Source of the DNA: Syntrophales bacterium
GTDB lineage: Bacteria > Desulfobacterota > Syntrophia > Syntrophales > UBA2210
Assembly (NCBI GenBank): GCA_963662405.2
Contig: CAXXKT010000003.1
Coordinates: 160,001-224,000 of the forward strand
DNA length: 64,000 bases
Direction of reading: 5' to 3'
The translations under genes were made by a program, and so were the position numbers. The notes under the pieces were generated by a model that worked only from the letters and a program-made list of their open reading frames with translations, was not told where the DNA came from and made no database searches. Of the stretch, positions 34,174-45,247 are shown in pieces. Positions within the stretch are counted from its first letter, which is position 1. Every line of letters begins with the position of its first letter.

Positions 34174-35070
34174 ATGGAAAATATTAGTACATGCGTAGTC
34201 TATAAAGATATCAAGGAAGAAAATCCTGAACGACAACTAGAAATTATGAATACAATTCTTGACTCCTTGAGAGCCTATGTCTTCGTTAAGGATGTTACAA
34301 ATAGATATCAGATGGTTAACAAACCATTTGCCGAAATCTTAGGCCTAAGCCCTGAAAAAATCAAGGGAAGGTCATTGATAGAATGTTTCCCTGCTTTTGG
34401 AAGTAGAAGAGCAAGGTCTTGTCACAATGACGACATGGAAGTGTTAAGAACAAAAAGGCCCAAAAAAGGAATTATCGCAACTTTTCCTTCTGTGAATGGT
34501 ATCCGCTGGGTCATGAAAGACAAAATACCGTATCTGAATAAAGAAGGAAAATTGGTGGGTATTATTGGTCTTTTTATTGATGTTACCGACCTCAAAGCCT
34601 CGCAAGATAAATTAAAAAATCAAAAAAGCGAGCTTGTAAAGAAAACCAATAAATTACAAGAGCTCAATATTGCTCTCAAGGTGCTGTTGGACCAAAGAGA
34701 GAATGAAAAAAAAGAATCAGAGCGAAAGGTATTGTCTATTGTCCGGAACATCATACTTCCCTACATTGACTCTCTAAAAAAAACTCATTTACGGAAAGAC
34801 CAAGCATTTTACGTAGAAAGCATTGAAGAAAATCTCAAAAATCTCATGGTAAGCAATATTGATAACCTTTCAGTGGGTGACCTTGGTCTGACGCCTAAAG
34901 AAATACAGATTGTTAAACTTGTCAAAACTGGAGCGATAACAAAAGAAATTGCAGATGTTATGAATGTTTCGACAAAGACTATCGACTATCATCGCAATAA
35001 TATTAGAAAGAAATTAGGCCTTAAAAATAAAGGACAAAATCTCCAAAGTTATTTAGTATCTCGCCCATAA
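34174..35070 (+). CDS. PAS-domain LuxR-family transcriptional regulator
   Basis: PAS/PAC (VFVKD...[10 protein letters not shown]), coiled coil, [38 protein letters not shown]. Confidence 0.88.
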   Translation: MENISTCVVYKDIKEENPERQLEIMNTILDSLRAYVFVKDVTNRYQMVNKPFAEILGLSPEKIKGRSLIECFPAFGSRRARSCHNDDMEVLRTKRPKKGIIATFPSVNGIRWVMKDKIPYLNKEGKLVGIIGLFIDVTDLKASQDKLKNQKSELVKKTNKLQELNIALKVLLDQRENEKKESERKVLSIVRNIILPYIDSLKKTHLRKDQAFYVESIEENLKNLMVSNIDNLSVGDLGLTPKEIQIVKLVKTGAITKEIADVMNVSTKTIDYHRNNIRKKLGLKNKGQNLQSYLVSRP

Positions 35071-35294
35071 TACCGGTAGCCTCCCAATATTTTCTCGGTA
35101 TTTTTCCCGTATTGATGAAAGCAAGTTCATCACATATATCACACCTATGAACATCTTGAGATGTTACCTTCTGCAATTCTGTTGGGGTATTGTTACCTCA
35201 AAGCAATTGTTGGATAGACTAGAAAAAATGTTTTGAGTGTATATTAAGTTGCTGCTGTATCGAACGCAAAAAATTTAGGAAGAGAGGTTTTACA

Positions 35295-36605
35295 ATGAAG
35301 AGAGTTATGGTGTTGTTTTCTATGGTGTCAATCATGGTAATCTTTTCTTTTGGGAGTTCTTTTGCCGAACAAAAGGAAGTCAAGGTAGGTGTCTTGTATT
35401 CGATTACTGGGGCTTTTTCTCCTGCTGGAGGCAGACCAGGCTTCAATGGAACAATGATTGCGGTTGACATGATCAATGACAGGGGGGGGATCAATGGAAA
35501 AGTCAAATTGGTTCCTGTTGTTGCGGATACTCAAAGTAATCCGGATGTTGCCATCAGGGAAGTTGAACGACTTATATCAGTTGAAAAAGTACCTGCGATA
35601 ACCGGTGTCTTTGTGAGTTCAATTTCTCAGCCAGTTGCGCCAATATGCGAAAAGAACAAAACAATATTTTGGATTACTATCTCAATTGCAGATACGATTC
35701 TGGAAGATCGACATCAACAATATATCTTTCGCGTTCAGCCGCGTGCAACTGATTGGGGGCGGACTACAGCGCGGTTTGCTCGAGACAATTACAAGCGCTT
35801 TGGCTATGAAAGCCCCAAACAGATACGTGTAGCAATACTTCACGAAGATAGCTCTTACGGTGTTGCCTGTAACAAAGGAGCCACAGAAATTTGTGAACAA
35901 GAGAATATGAATGTGGTGTTTCGTGAGGCATATTCCCATAGTATTAATGACATGTCATCGATTATCTTGAAGATTAAAAAGGCACGCCCTGATGTTATCC
36001 TCCATACAGCTTACTTCCCGGATCTCGTACTGTTTATGCGACAGGCAAGAGAGTTAGGACTAAGGTGGAAGCTTGATATCGGTCATGGTGCGGGACATGC
36101 GAATTTCTCCGAACTTGAAAAATCTCTTGGCAGTGATATGGTTAATTACTTATGCAATGTTGATCCAAAGCCAGCTCAGAAATTCCCCGAACATACATCT
36201 AATCCTGATATGGATGTCCTCCGTAAAGAGTTTTTAGACAGGTACGAAAAGAAACATGGTACCAGAGATCCTGAAACGCATGCAACACAGGGATTTGCAC
36301 ATGCATGGGTTTTGTTTAACAATGTCATGCCGGTTGCACTTGAGAAGTACGGTGAAATTACTGCCGATACAATCAGAAAGGTAGCGAAAGATCTCAAAAT
36401 ACCAGATGGTAAAACACCTGCTGGATATGGTGTCGAGTTTGCTCCTCCCGAACATAACATGGCTGGGCAGAATCTGGTTTCCTATCCTGTGGTAACACAA
36501 TGGATTAATGGCATAACTGAGGTTAGCTGGCCTGATGCGCAAAGAACAGCTGAACCTGACCTGCCTAATCCTCCCGGCAGTGTTTATGGAAAGAAGAAGA
36601 AATAA
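35295..36605 (+). CDS. LIV/HAAT-type ABC transporter substrate-binding protein
   Basis: Signal peptide, VKVGVLYSITG, INDRGGING, ADTQSNP; adjacent liv-type genes. Confidence 0.88.
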   Translation: MKRVMVLFSMVSIMVIFSFGSSFAEQKEVKVGVLYSITGAFSPAGGRPGFNGTMIAVDMINDRGGINGKVKLVPVVADTQSNPDVAIREVERLISVEKVPAITGVFVSSISQPVAPICEKNKTIFWITISIADTILEDRHQQYIFRVQPRATDWGRTTARFARDNYKRFGYESPKQIRVAILHEDSSYGVACNKGATEICEQENMNVVFREAYSHSINDMSSIILKIKKARPDVILHTAYFPDLVLFMRQARELGLRWKLDIGHGAGHANFSELEKSLGSDMVNYLCNVDPKPAQKFPEHTSNPDMDVLRKEFLDRYEKKHGTRDPETHATQGFAHAWVLFNNVMPVALEKYGEITADTIRKVAKDLKIPDGKTPAGYGVEFAPPEHNMAGQNLVSYPVVTQWINGITEVSWPDAQRTAEPDLPNPPGSVYGKKKK

Positions 36606-36687
36606 CATTTAAGCACGTCACGCGTTAAGAAGAGGGGGAGGATATTTTCATTGTCCCCCTTTCTTCTTACAATTCTGGAGAAAGTAA

Positions 36688-37422
36688 ATGCTCGAAATAA
36701 ATAATATAAGCAAGCAGTTTGGTGGAGTAAAGGCTCTTCACGACGTTTCGTTTGCTCTACGTGAGGGAGAGTTTTTAGGTCTTATTGGACCAAATGGGTC
36801 AGGGAAAACCACTCTTTTTAATGTGATATCGGGAATGTACAAGCCAAATTCGGGAACCATAACATTCGACGGTCATACAATTTCCGGGCTGATGGCAAGC
36901 AAAATTTGTCACGCAGGTATCGCTCGAACATTCCAAATTCCCAAACCAATTATGGATATTAGTGTGCTCGAAAATGTGATGCTTGGTTCGATTTTTGGTA
37001 AAGAAAAAAATAGTGCCCACTATCATTGCTCTCTCAAAGAAGCTCAAGATGCGGCATTGAAACTTATCGAATTTGTTGGTCTTAATGTTGATCCTTATTC
37101 GTATCCCAAAGAACTAACGGCTGGTGATCTTAGAAGGCTTGAATTAGTAAGAGCTCTAGCAACGCAGCCCAAAATTCTATTAGCTGATGAAGTATTGAGT
37201 GGCTTAAATCACGAAGAGCTGGATGACGCAGCAAAAGTCCTTCAAAGAGTACGTGATGAGATGAAGATTACGATCATATGGGTTGAGCATATCATGGGTG
37301 TTCTGATGAACCTTGTTGATAGAGTGGTTGTCTTGAGTTATGGCAAAATGATTGCAGACGGGACGCCTCAAGAAATATCAACAAATCAAGAAGTCATTGA
37401 CGCATACTTAGGTGAGGACTAA
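36688..37422 (+). CDS. ABC transporter ATPase (LivG-like)
   Basis: GPNGSGKTT, GIARTFQ, LADE, VEHIM. Confidence 0.9.
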   Translation: MLEINNISKQFGGVKALHDVSFALREGEFLGLIGPNGSGKTTLFNVISGMYKPNSGTITFDGHTISGLMASKICHAGIARTFQIPKPIMDISVLENVMLGSIFGKEKNSAHYHCSLKEAQDAALKLIEFVGLNVDPYSYPKELTAGDLRRLELVRALATQPKILLADEVLSGLNHEELDDAAKVLQRVRDEMKITIIWVEHIMGVLMNLVDRVVVLSYGKMIADGTPQEISTNQEVIDAYLGED

Positions 37423-37439
37423 CAGAGGGGAAAGCCATT

Positions 37440-38144
37440 ATGATTCGAGTTGAGAATATAAATTCATATTACGGCGAATTTCAAGCCTTATATGATATTT
37501 CGTTAGAAGTGAAACCGGCTCAAACAGTTATTATTGTAGGTTCTAATGGATCAGGGAAAACAACACTTTTAAAATCAATATGCGGTTTAGTACATCCTCG
37601 TTCAGGCTCTATATATTTCGAAAATAGACGTATCGATCATGATCAGGCGAATGCTATTGTCGATTTAGGAATTGTAATGGTCCCTGAAGGAGGACGGTTA
37701 TTCCCAAATATATCCGTTTATGATAATTTGAAAGTCGGAGCCTATAATAAAAATGCGAGGCTTCATTTTCAACAATCATTGGAAAAAGTCTATAAACTTT
37801 TCCCCATCTTAAAAGAGAGAAAAAAGCAACCGGCAGGCCTTCTTAGCGGAGGAGAACGGCAAATGGTTGCTATTGCAAGGAGTCTGATGGCGCGGCCCAA
37901 AGTTATCATGCTGGATGAGCCGTCATTAGGGTTGGCGCCCAAAATTGTTGGTAACGTTTTTGAATTTGTCCGGACATTAAAAGATAGTGGGTATTCGGTA
38001 CTTCTTGTCGAGCAAAATGCTAAAAAAGCGCTCGAGCTTGCTGATTATGGATATCTTCTTGAATCAGGCAGGCTGGTATTTGAAGGTGGAAAAGAGGATT
38101 TTGATAAAAATTCATTTATAAAAAAAGCGTATCTAGGCTTATAG
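37440..38144 (+). CDS. ABC transporter ATPase (LivF-like)
   Basis: GSNGSGKTT, LSGGERQM, LDEPSLGLAP, VEQN. Confidence 0.9.
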   Translation: MIRVENINSYYGEFQALYDISLEVKPAQTVIIVGSNGSGKTTLLKSICGLVHPRSGSIYFENRRIDHDQANAIVDLGIVMVPEGGRLFPNISVYDNLKVGAYNKNARLHFQQSLEKVYKLFPILKERKKQPAGLLSGGERQMVAIARSLMARPKVIMLDEPSLGLAPKIVGNVFEFVRTLKDSGYSVLLVEQNAKKALELADYGYLLESGRLVFEGGKEDFDKNSFIKKAYLGL

Positions 38145-38155
38145 GGAGTATATCT

Positions 38156-39016
38156 ATGACTGAACTAGTTCTAATGTCTTTACTTAATGGGATATTGTTG
38201 GGGGGCGTATTAGCGCTCCTTGGCTTTGGTATGAACCTTATGTTTGGTGTTGTAAAGATAATACACATGGCATACGGGCAATTTGTCATGTTCGGATTCT
38301 ATTTAATTTTTACTTTGTATGAGTTTCTTCATTTTCCATTGCTACTCGCTTGCGTGACAACCATCTTGATAATGGCCTTAATGGGATTGATTACTCAAAA
38401 GCTTATAGTGAATCCTCTCCTTAGTGCACCTCGACTCAATCAATTGCTTGCACTTGCAGCCCTCATTATTGTTATTGAAAATTTTTCATTACTTGTATGG
38501 GGAGCTAATTATAGGGGAATACGTCTTCATCTTCCTGTCATACAATTAGGAGATATTTTTGTGCGAACCTCCTATCTCTTAGGATTCGTCGGAGCCTTGG
38601 TGTTTTTGGGAGGGTTATACATTTTTCTTAAGAAAACATACTTGGGGCTTGCTATCAGGGCAACGTCACAAGATTCTGAAATGGCGAGATTAATGGGAAT
38701 AAAGTCATCCTATGTATTTTATATAACTTTTGCAGTAGGCACTGCATTAACAGGAGTTGTGGCAAGCTTTTTTGTTCCAATTTATGCTGTTTACCCACAA
38801 TTCGGCGGAGGTTTTACCGTTATGGCTTTTATGATCGTTGTCCTAGGTGGGATGGGAAACATGATGGGAGGATTTATCAGCGCTTTTATTATTGGAATTG
38901 TCACTTCTGTTGTAGCGGTCCTGACATCAGCTGAGATAGCTCAGATAGCCGTATTAATTATCTTCATCGCAATTATGATTGTTCGTCCTCAAGGACTTCT
39001 GGGGGAGGTAGCTTAG
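38156..39016 (+). CDS. ABC transporter permease (LivH-like)
   Basis: Multi-TM; GLAIRATSQD, VVLGGMGN, RPQGLLG. Confidence 0.88.
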   Translation: MTELVLMSLLNGILLGGVLALLGFGMNLMFGVVKIIHMAYGQFVMFGFYLIFTLYEFLHFPLLLACVTTILIMALMGLITQKLIVNPLLSAPRLNQLLALAALIIVIENFSLLVWGANYRGIRLHLPVIQLGDIFVRTSYLLGFVGALVFLGGLYIFLKKTYLGLAIRATSQDSEMARLMGIKSSYVFYITFAVGTALTGVVASFFVPIYAVYPQFGGGFTVMAFMIVVLGGMGNMMGGFISAFIIGIVTSVVAVLTSAEIAQIAVLIIFIAIMIVRPQGLLGEVA

Positions 39017-39018
39017 AA

Positions 39019-39981
39019 ATGAAAAATTGGTATAGATCAAAATCGCTGATTTTCGTAGGCATTACGGTTATTGTAATACTTATATTTCCTATAGTTGTGA
39101 AGTCTCAGTATATAATTCATATTTCAACGCTAATATTTCTATGGGGATTAATAGCATCTGCGTGGTCCTACATGGGACGATTTGGTTTGGTTTCTCTTGG
39201 AAACGGCGCTTTTATGGGTATTGGTGCCTATATATCCGTGCTGCTATTTAACAATCTTCATATATCACCTTGGGTTGGTATGGTAGTCGGTGGAGTAGCT
39301 GCAGTTCTCATTGCAGGGATTCTTGGGTTTGCATGTTTCCGATCAGGTGTTGTTGGCGATTATTTTGGTCTTGTAACTCTAGCTCTTGCAGAGATTACGG
39401 CTCTTGCAATTGTTGCATTAAGAACATGGACTGAAGGTGAACTTGGCACCTCTGTAAAATCAATTGGTGCAGCATCAATCTGGTATCTTCAGTCGGACCA
39501 AAAAATCTTTTTTTACTATCTATCTTTTTTCTTTATGATTATTGGCCTCTACATATGGAAAAAAATTGATAATAGCAATATGAAACGAGCTCTTGCCGCA
39601 ATAAGTGAAGATGAAACTGCAGCTGCTTCTTTAGGAATTGATGTTGTAAGGTATAAAATGCAGATTACGATGATAAGTGCATTTGTTACAGCAATAGGCG
39701 GTTCTCTTTATGCTCAATATATTACCTATATTAACCCCCATACCGTCTCAGGGGTTGGCATATCGTTGTCGATTCCTTTCAAAGCCATAATCGGAGGAAT
39801 GTTTACAATGCTCGGACCAGCCATCGGTTCGGCAATTATCGTATCGCTTGAGGAATTTTTCAGGATTGTTGTTGGTGCAAAATTTGTAGCCATGTCTCAA
39901 ATAATTTTTGGTCTAGCTCTGATTTTTCTGATCATCTTTTTGCCCAAAGGTTTGTATGGAACCTTAAAGCGCAAGATGTAA
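39019..39981 (+). CDS. ABC transporter permease (LivM-like)
   Basis: Multi-TM; GLVSLGNGAFMGIGAY, AISEDETAAASLGID, LPKGLYG. Confidence 0.88.
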   Translation: MKNWYRSKSLIFVGITVIVILIFPIVVKSQYIIHISTLIFLWGLIASAWSYMGRFGLVSLGNGAFMGIGAYISVLLFNNLHISPWVGMVVGGVAAVLIAGILGFACFRSGVVGDYFGLVTLALAEITALAIVALRTWTEGELGTSVKSIGAASIWYLQSDQKIFFYYLSFFFMIIGLYIWKKIDNSNMKRALAAISEDETAAASLGIDVVRYKMQITMISAFVTAIGGSLYAQYITYINPHTVSGVGISLSIPFKAIIGGMFTMLGPAIGSAIIVSLEEFFRIVVGAKFVAMSQIIFGLALIFLIIFLPKGLYGTLKRKM

Positions 39982-40720
39982 GTGTTGAGTTTCGGGACAT
40001 CGATAACGGAAAGATGTACCCGCAAATAGCCAAGTCATGTTCTCTGACAATCGAATAGCTATCACGTAATACTGTGAACATCACAATAGGTACGGAGGTG
40101 CTCACGAAAAGGAAAAACGAGCAGAAACGGATCTTGACCGTGGAGCGATTTCTAGGCGGTTAACGTTCCAAAATCAATAAGCACGTTCCTGGACCGGTCA
40201 AAGTCTGATTGAAGGGGTGGGGCGAGTGGCATAGCGAGGAAAATACCTCATGGTACGATAATCGTTCTTGATGCCCCTGTTAATACATAAATGGTTCGTC
40301 TCACTAGGGTCAAGATCTGTTCTGCGGTGCTCAAGCGATCTCATGGGAGATGTCAGACATTTGCGTGAAGCCGTTGCCATCGGTGAGAATCATGAACCGG
40401 ATTCTTGCCAGAAATGAACTAACACATCAAGGACCCGACAAATATGGATCCAAGGTAACGGTCTATCCTGTTATGCTACCGTCAACATTGCCGAACCAAA
40501 CCCATCAGGCTGATCTTGTTAGCACGTGTTAACTGAATGGGCCAATTTTTTCTATAGTCTGAATATAGTTAATACGGGAATGGTCCGGTGTGGATTGAAT
40601 TCTTTCCTTGGAGAAATGAAATCACCGAAAACTTCAATGATCAGAGAGCTGGTCGGGCAAATTTGGACAGGTGCATAAGTGGGAAAGTTGCTCTATAGTG
40701 GACGTAAGGAGGAAAGAGAT

Positions 40721-41023
40721 ATGAGCAAGAGACCGCGGAGGAACCATGCACCGTCCTTCAAGGCGAAGGTGGCATTGGAGGCACTGAAAGGGGACCAGAC
40801 GATCGTTGAGCTTGCCGAGCGGTATCAGGTACACCCGAACCAGATCACCACATGGAAGAAGCAGTTGATGGATCACGCATCGGACGTATTTGGCAAGGGT
40901 CATAAGGACAACCAGGGTCCGGATGTAAAAGAACTTCACGCCAAGATCGGACAGTTATCGATGGAGAATGATTTTTTATCACATGCGCTCGGTCGCATCA
41001 ACGGAACGAGCGCAAAGCGATGA
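40721..41023 (+). CDS. IS3 transposase OrfA
   Basis: HTH FKAKVALEALKG...VHPNQITTWKKQL; AAGGAGG SD. Confidence 0.9.
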   Translation: MSKRPRRNHAPSFKAKVALEALKGDQTIVELAERYQVHPNQITTWKKQLMDHASDVFGKGHKDNQGPDVKELHAKIGQLSMENDFLSHALGRINGTSAKR

Positions 41024-41850
41024 TCAAGAGAGAAAAGAGTGTGCCCATAACCCGTCAATGCGAACTCTTGGAGCTGTCCCGATCGAGTGTTTATTACTCT
41101 CCGGTTCCGGTCAGCGCGAAGGATCTGGAGCTGATGCGTCAGATTGATGAGATTCATCTTCAGTATCCCTTCTATGGGAGTCGGAAGATTCGCAATGAGC
41201 TGTGGCAGAGAGGGTATGATATCGGACGTGATAAGGTACGTCGGTTGATGCGTCGCATGGGGATCGAGGCGTTGCACATCAAGCCGAGATTATCGATAAA
41301 GCATCCCCAGCACCCGATATATCCGTATCTGTTACGGGGACTTGATATCATCCGTCCCAACCACGTATGGTCTGCCGATATCACGTATATTCCCATGGAA
41401 CGAGGGTTCTGTTATCTGGTAGCCGTTATGGACTGGGCGAGTCGGATGGTCCTCTCCTGGCGGTTGTCGAATACGTTGGACAGTGCGTTTTGTGTGGATG
41501 CGCTTGAAGAAGCACTCACCACGTATGGGCGCCCGGCTATCTTCAATACCGATCAGGGCAGTCAGTTTACCTCACAGGCATTCATCGATGTCCTTCGCTC
41601 TCATGATATCTCTATCAGCATGGACGGTCAGGGGCGATGGATGGACAATGTCTTCATCGAACGGCTCTGGAAGAGCGTCAAGTACGAAGATATCTATCTG
41701 AAGGCATACGGTTCAATGAAAGAGTTGAAGAAGGGGCTTACCGACTATTTTCAGTTCTACAACGAGAAACGGTGGCACAATACTTTTGACAGAAAGACAC
41801 CGGCTATGGTTTATTTTGAATCACTACCACAGGGACAGGCTGCGGCATGA
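41020..41850 (+). CDS. IS3 transposase OrfB (DDE integrase core)
   Basis: WSADITYI, FNTDQGSQFTS, DNVFIERLWKSVKYE; ATGA overlap with orfA. Confidence 0.92.
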   Translation: MIKREKSVPITRQCELLELSRSSVYYSPVPVSAKDLELMRQIDEIHLQYPFYGSRKIRNELWQRGYDIGRDKVRRLMRRMGIEALHIKPRLSIKHPQHPIYPYLLRGLDIIRPNHVWSADITYIPMERGFCYLVAVMDWASRMVLSWRLSNTLDSAFCVDALEEALTTYGRPAIFNTDQGSQFTSQAFIDVLRSHDISISMDGQGRWMDNVFIERLWKSVKYEDIYLKAYGSMKELKKGLTDYFQFYNEKRWHNTFDRKTPAMVYFESLPQGQAAA

Positions 41851-43121
41851 ACACAAACCCAGGGCAACTTCCCACTTATAAATCCCTGTTACCTGTCCAA
41901 AGAAACCGGACCACCTCTCAGTATCGATAGAGATCTATCAGAAAAGTTCGTATGACGTCCATAGGGGATTTGCAATTGAGCAGCTTCACAACAGCGGGTA
42001 TCGCCATAACAAATTAAATGGTGATAAACCACTGAGAGCTTTTGCCGCCTCGAATGTCAAGTTAAGGCTTCCAGGATGGAATAGTCTCCCAAACATCGAA
42101 TGAAGAAACCGGAGATTGGCCAATATCACGTTGTGTGTCCCATTTGTAGCAACCTACAATTAAACATCTTCTGAGAAGTTTCTCGATCCCACCAGAGACC
42201 ATGCTTGAATACGTGGTGGCTACTATCGATGTTAAAGAGCAGAAGCTAAAACTCTTCCTGGACAAAAAACAGGTAGAGGAATTCAATTATAAACTTCGGT
42301 AAAACTGTCGAGTGTTAGCGATGTTATGGCACAAGAAATCGTTATCGATATCCTGATACTCGACATGTAAAAAATGAAACTCACATCTATGGTGCATGAT
42401 ATTCAAAGGATAATAGTGTGAGTATGGAATGATGTTCAGCATTATCTTTTGATGATGCTTTTTGTAAGGAAACACCAAAATGATTAAAGAAAAATGGATA
42501 TCGATGCCAAGGAAAAAACACAAAGAATCCTACTTTTCCATAATCAATCTAGTGAGGAAGGGCATGCCGTAGGCACTCTTACTGGAATAAAATCCTTCCA
42601 GAAATAGAGATTTGAGGGATATGAAAGTTGCCAACTTATCCCAGGTCATTTTCACTATGAGGCGAAGTCAGGTGCTAAGGAGAAAAGAGATATAGCTTCC
42701 GCAGGAGTGTACTGCTGTGGTGCCGTTAGGGATATCGATTGTCTGGGATTTGAAAGGGTTTCTACGAGTTTTAAACTAGACGATGTGTTCAGGTTAGAGA
42801 AAAGGTTGGAATTGACAAAGAATTTCCAAATAAGAAGATGAAGTAGGAAAGATGAAGAAGCCGTTGAGGGCATCATTTCGAAAGAAGTGCAAGTGTGACT
42901 GGTAAGGCCGCATATATTGCTATTCTTATATTGAATTGTAACTGATTTCGTATCTGTACGATTCGTGGCTGGATCATTGTGTAAGCGATAAGATAGTAGA
43001 TTTTATTATACAAAGACGAGGAAATCTATGTTTCGAGTTGATAATCCGATGGCCAAGTTGGTTATATTAATAGGCAAGAAAATCCTGATGGATAAGTATC
43101 AGATTTATTGGAGGTAATTTT

Positions 43122-44066
43122 ATGAAAACGTCAAAGGTCATGACAGCGCAGGAAGCCGTTTCAAGATTCGTGGCAGATGGTATGACGGTGGCAGTAGGTG
43201 GTTTCGTTCACGCAATTTCATATGCACTCACACATGAAATTATCAGGCAACAGAAACGCCATTTAACAATCTGTCAGCCCAGCTTCAATGAACCTGGAGA
43301 CCAGATGATCGGCGCGGGGTGTGTTGATAGAATTATATCTTCATATGTTGGGATGGAAACCTTTGGACCAACGCATTGCTTCAAAAGGGCGATAGAAAAA
43401 AGTATTCCCCACAAGGTCGAGATAGAAGATTATACAAACTTTTCCGTGATGGTGAAGTATCTTGCTGGGGCACTGGGAATTCCCTACATTCCCATAAATT
43501 CGATGAAGGGGAGCGATCTGATGAATTATTCTGCATGGATGGGTAAGAATAAGGTTAAACTTGTTCAAGATCCATTTCAGCTTGGGAAAGAATATGCTGC
43601 GGTAAAAGCGTTGACGCCGGATATCGGTTATTTCCATGTACAGCGCGCCGACGAGCATGGGAACTGCCAGATGTGGGGTATCACGGGAGATTCTCCATGG
43701 AGCATGAGAGCATGCAAACAGGTAATTGTTTCTTGTGAGGAAATCGTGGATCATGATGTTATCGGGAGAGATCCCAACAGAACAATACTTCATGGCTACA
43801 AGGTTGTCGCTGTTGTGGAAGCTCCTTTTGGCGCCCATCCCAAGCATACCCAAGGATATTACAACTTAGATAGGGATTTCATTTTCAAATATGTGCATGA
43901 ATCACAGGATCTGGAAGAATGGCGGAAATTCATGGATGAATGGGTCTATGGTGTCTCAGACAGAAGTGATTATCTGAAAAAGTATATCAATGTCTATGGG
44001 ATGAATAAATTTCTTGGTCTGAAAGCAAAAGATATCAGCTCAAGCTCAGTGAATTACGGATTTTAG
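43122..44066 (+). CDS. Family I CoA-transferase subunit A (glutaconate CoA-transferase-like)
   Basis: VADGMTVAVGG, AGALGIPYIP, HVQRADEHGN, VVEAPFGAHP. Confidence 0.85.
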   Translation: MKTSKVMTAQEAVSRFVADGMTVAVGGFVHAISYALTHEIIRQQKRHLTICQPSFNEPGDQMIGAGCVDRIISSYVGMETFGPTHCFKRAIEKSIPHKVEIEDYTNFSVMVKYLAGALGIPYIPINSMKGSDLMNYSAWMGKNKVKLVQDPFQLGKEYAAVKALTPDIGYFHVQRADEHGNCQMWGITGDSPWSMRACKQVIVSCEEIVDHDVIGRDPNRTILHGYKVVAVVEAPFGAHPKHTQGYYNLDRDFIFKYVHESQDLEEWRKFMDEWVYGVSDRSDYLKKYINVYGMNKFLGLKAKDISSSSVNYGF

Positions 44067-44076
44067 GAGGTTTATC

Positions 44077-44853
44077 GTGACTGCTAAATATACAGATTTT
44101 ACACCCGAGGAACTCATGGCTGTCGCGGCAGCGCGTGAGTTAAAAGATGGTGAAATAGCAATTATCGGAACAGGAATTCCTCTTATTGCCGCTTTGCTTG
44201 CCCAGAGAACTCATGCCCCTCACATGGTTGCACTTTACGAATCAGGCGCTATTGACTGTAAACCCTCGATTATCCCTTTAACTGTGGCTGAATCCGTTCT
44301 TGTGCCCGGTTCAACAATGCAAGGAGGCTTGGTAGAAGGTCTCGGTATGGTCCATGCCGGTGATGTGGATGTGGGATTCTTAAGTGGTGCACAGATTGAT
44401 CGGTACGGAAATATCAACACCAATGTGATCGGTGATTATCGTAATCCAAAGGTGCGTTTCCCCGGAAGTGGTGGATCAAATGACATTGGTGTAGGATGCA
44501 AGCGAACAATCGTGATGATGCTTCATCAGAAGCGTCGGTTTCCTGAGAAAGTCGATTTTGTCACAACGCCAGGATACTTCAACGGTGGTGATGAAAGAAG
44601 TAAAATGGGTTTTCCCGGTGGTGGCCCGAGTGTAGTTGTGTCGACATTGGGTATTTTAAAATTTCATCCCGAGACAAAGGAAATGTACCTGGTATCGTAT
44701 CACCCTGGTGTGAAGATCGAAGCCATCAAGGAAAATACGGGATGGGATTTGACAGTTTCCAAAGAGGTGAAGGAAACTGAACCACCAACGCCAGCATTAA
44801 TCAAGCTTTTGAGAGAATTGGATCCTACTGGCATCTTTCTTAAAAAGAATTAA
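44077..44853 (+). CDS. Family I CoA-transferase subunit B
   Basis: GTGIP, LYESG (catalytic Glu), GAQIDRYGNIN, FPGSGGSND; GTG start. Confidence 0.85.
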   Translation: MTAKYTDFTPEELMAVAAARELKDGEIAIIGTGIPLIAALLAQRTHAPHMVALYESGAIDCKPSIIPLTVAESVLVPGSTMQGGLVEGLGMVHAGDVDVGFLSGAQIDRYGNINTNVIGDYRNPKVRFPGSGGSNDIGVGCKRTIVMMLHQKRRFPEKVDFVTTPGYFNGGDERSKMGFPGGGPSVVVSTLGILKFHPETKEMYLVSYHPGVKIEAIKENTGWDLTVSKEVKETEPPTPALIKLLRELDPTGIFLKKN

Positions 44854-45247
44854 CCAGAAGGGTGGTGAGGTGCTGTGTAAGATCTTATTATGTCTTAGGA
44901 GAAAAGATTTGTAAAGGTAACTTTAACCTCACTCGTGCAGAGGCACTTGAAATCCGCGAAATGTGGAAGTCAATTTCATGGAATTTTCGGACAATTGTAT
45001 GAGCGGCAAGAGCAAAATCGTTATTGCTAAGATTGCTCTACACAGGCGATTGTACCGTTAACAAGATCGGCCCCTTCCTAGACAAATACATCATGCGCAA
45101 TCCCGATATATTGGCAGAGCACCAGGGAACCGATATACAGCGGAGACAGGGGCGTATGGCAACGCGTCTTTCAGGTGATCCGAAGGTTACAACAAGAGGT
45201 TGAGGGACCTCAAAAAATATAAGAAAAATGAAACTTAGGAGGAACAT

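Larger units (their letters stand above)
40643..41920 (+). mobile_element. IS3-family insertion sequence
   Basis: Imperfect IRs AGAGAGCTGGTCGGGCAAATTTGGACAGGT / TGAGAGGTGGTCCGGTTTCTTTGGACAGGT around orfA+orfB; no clear target duplication. Confidence 0.9.
39983..42365 (+). mobile_element. Degenerate IS (TGT...ACA ends, IS481-like) with pseudogenised transposase ~40104-42302, interrupted by IS3
   Basis: Left end TGTTGAGTTTCGGGACATCGATAACG vs reverse complement of right end TGTCGAGTATCAGGATATCGATAACG (22/26); flanks TGTAAG/TGTAAA; broken frames PSVRIMNRILARNELT..PNQTHQADLV and EYVVATIDVKEQKLKLFLD. Confidence 0.7.

Noticed and set aside
35070..35115. Candidate LuxR-family operator downstream of the regulator
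   Set aside because: No convincing palindrome or second copy identified by eye
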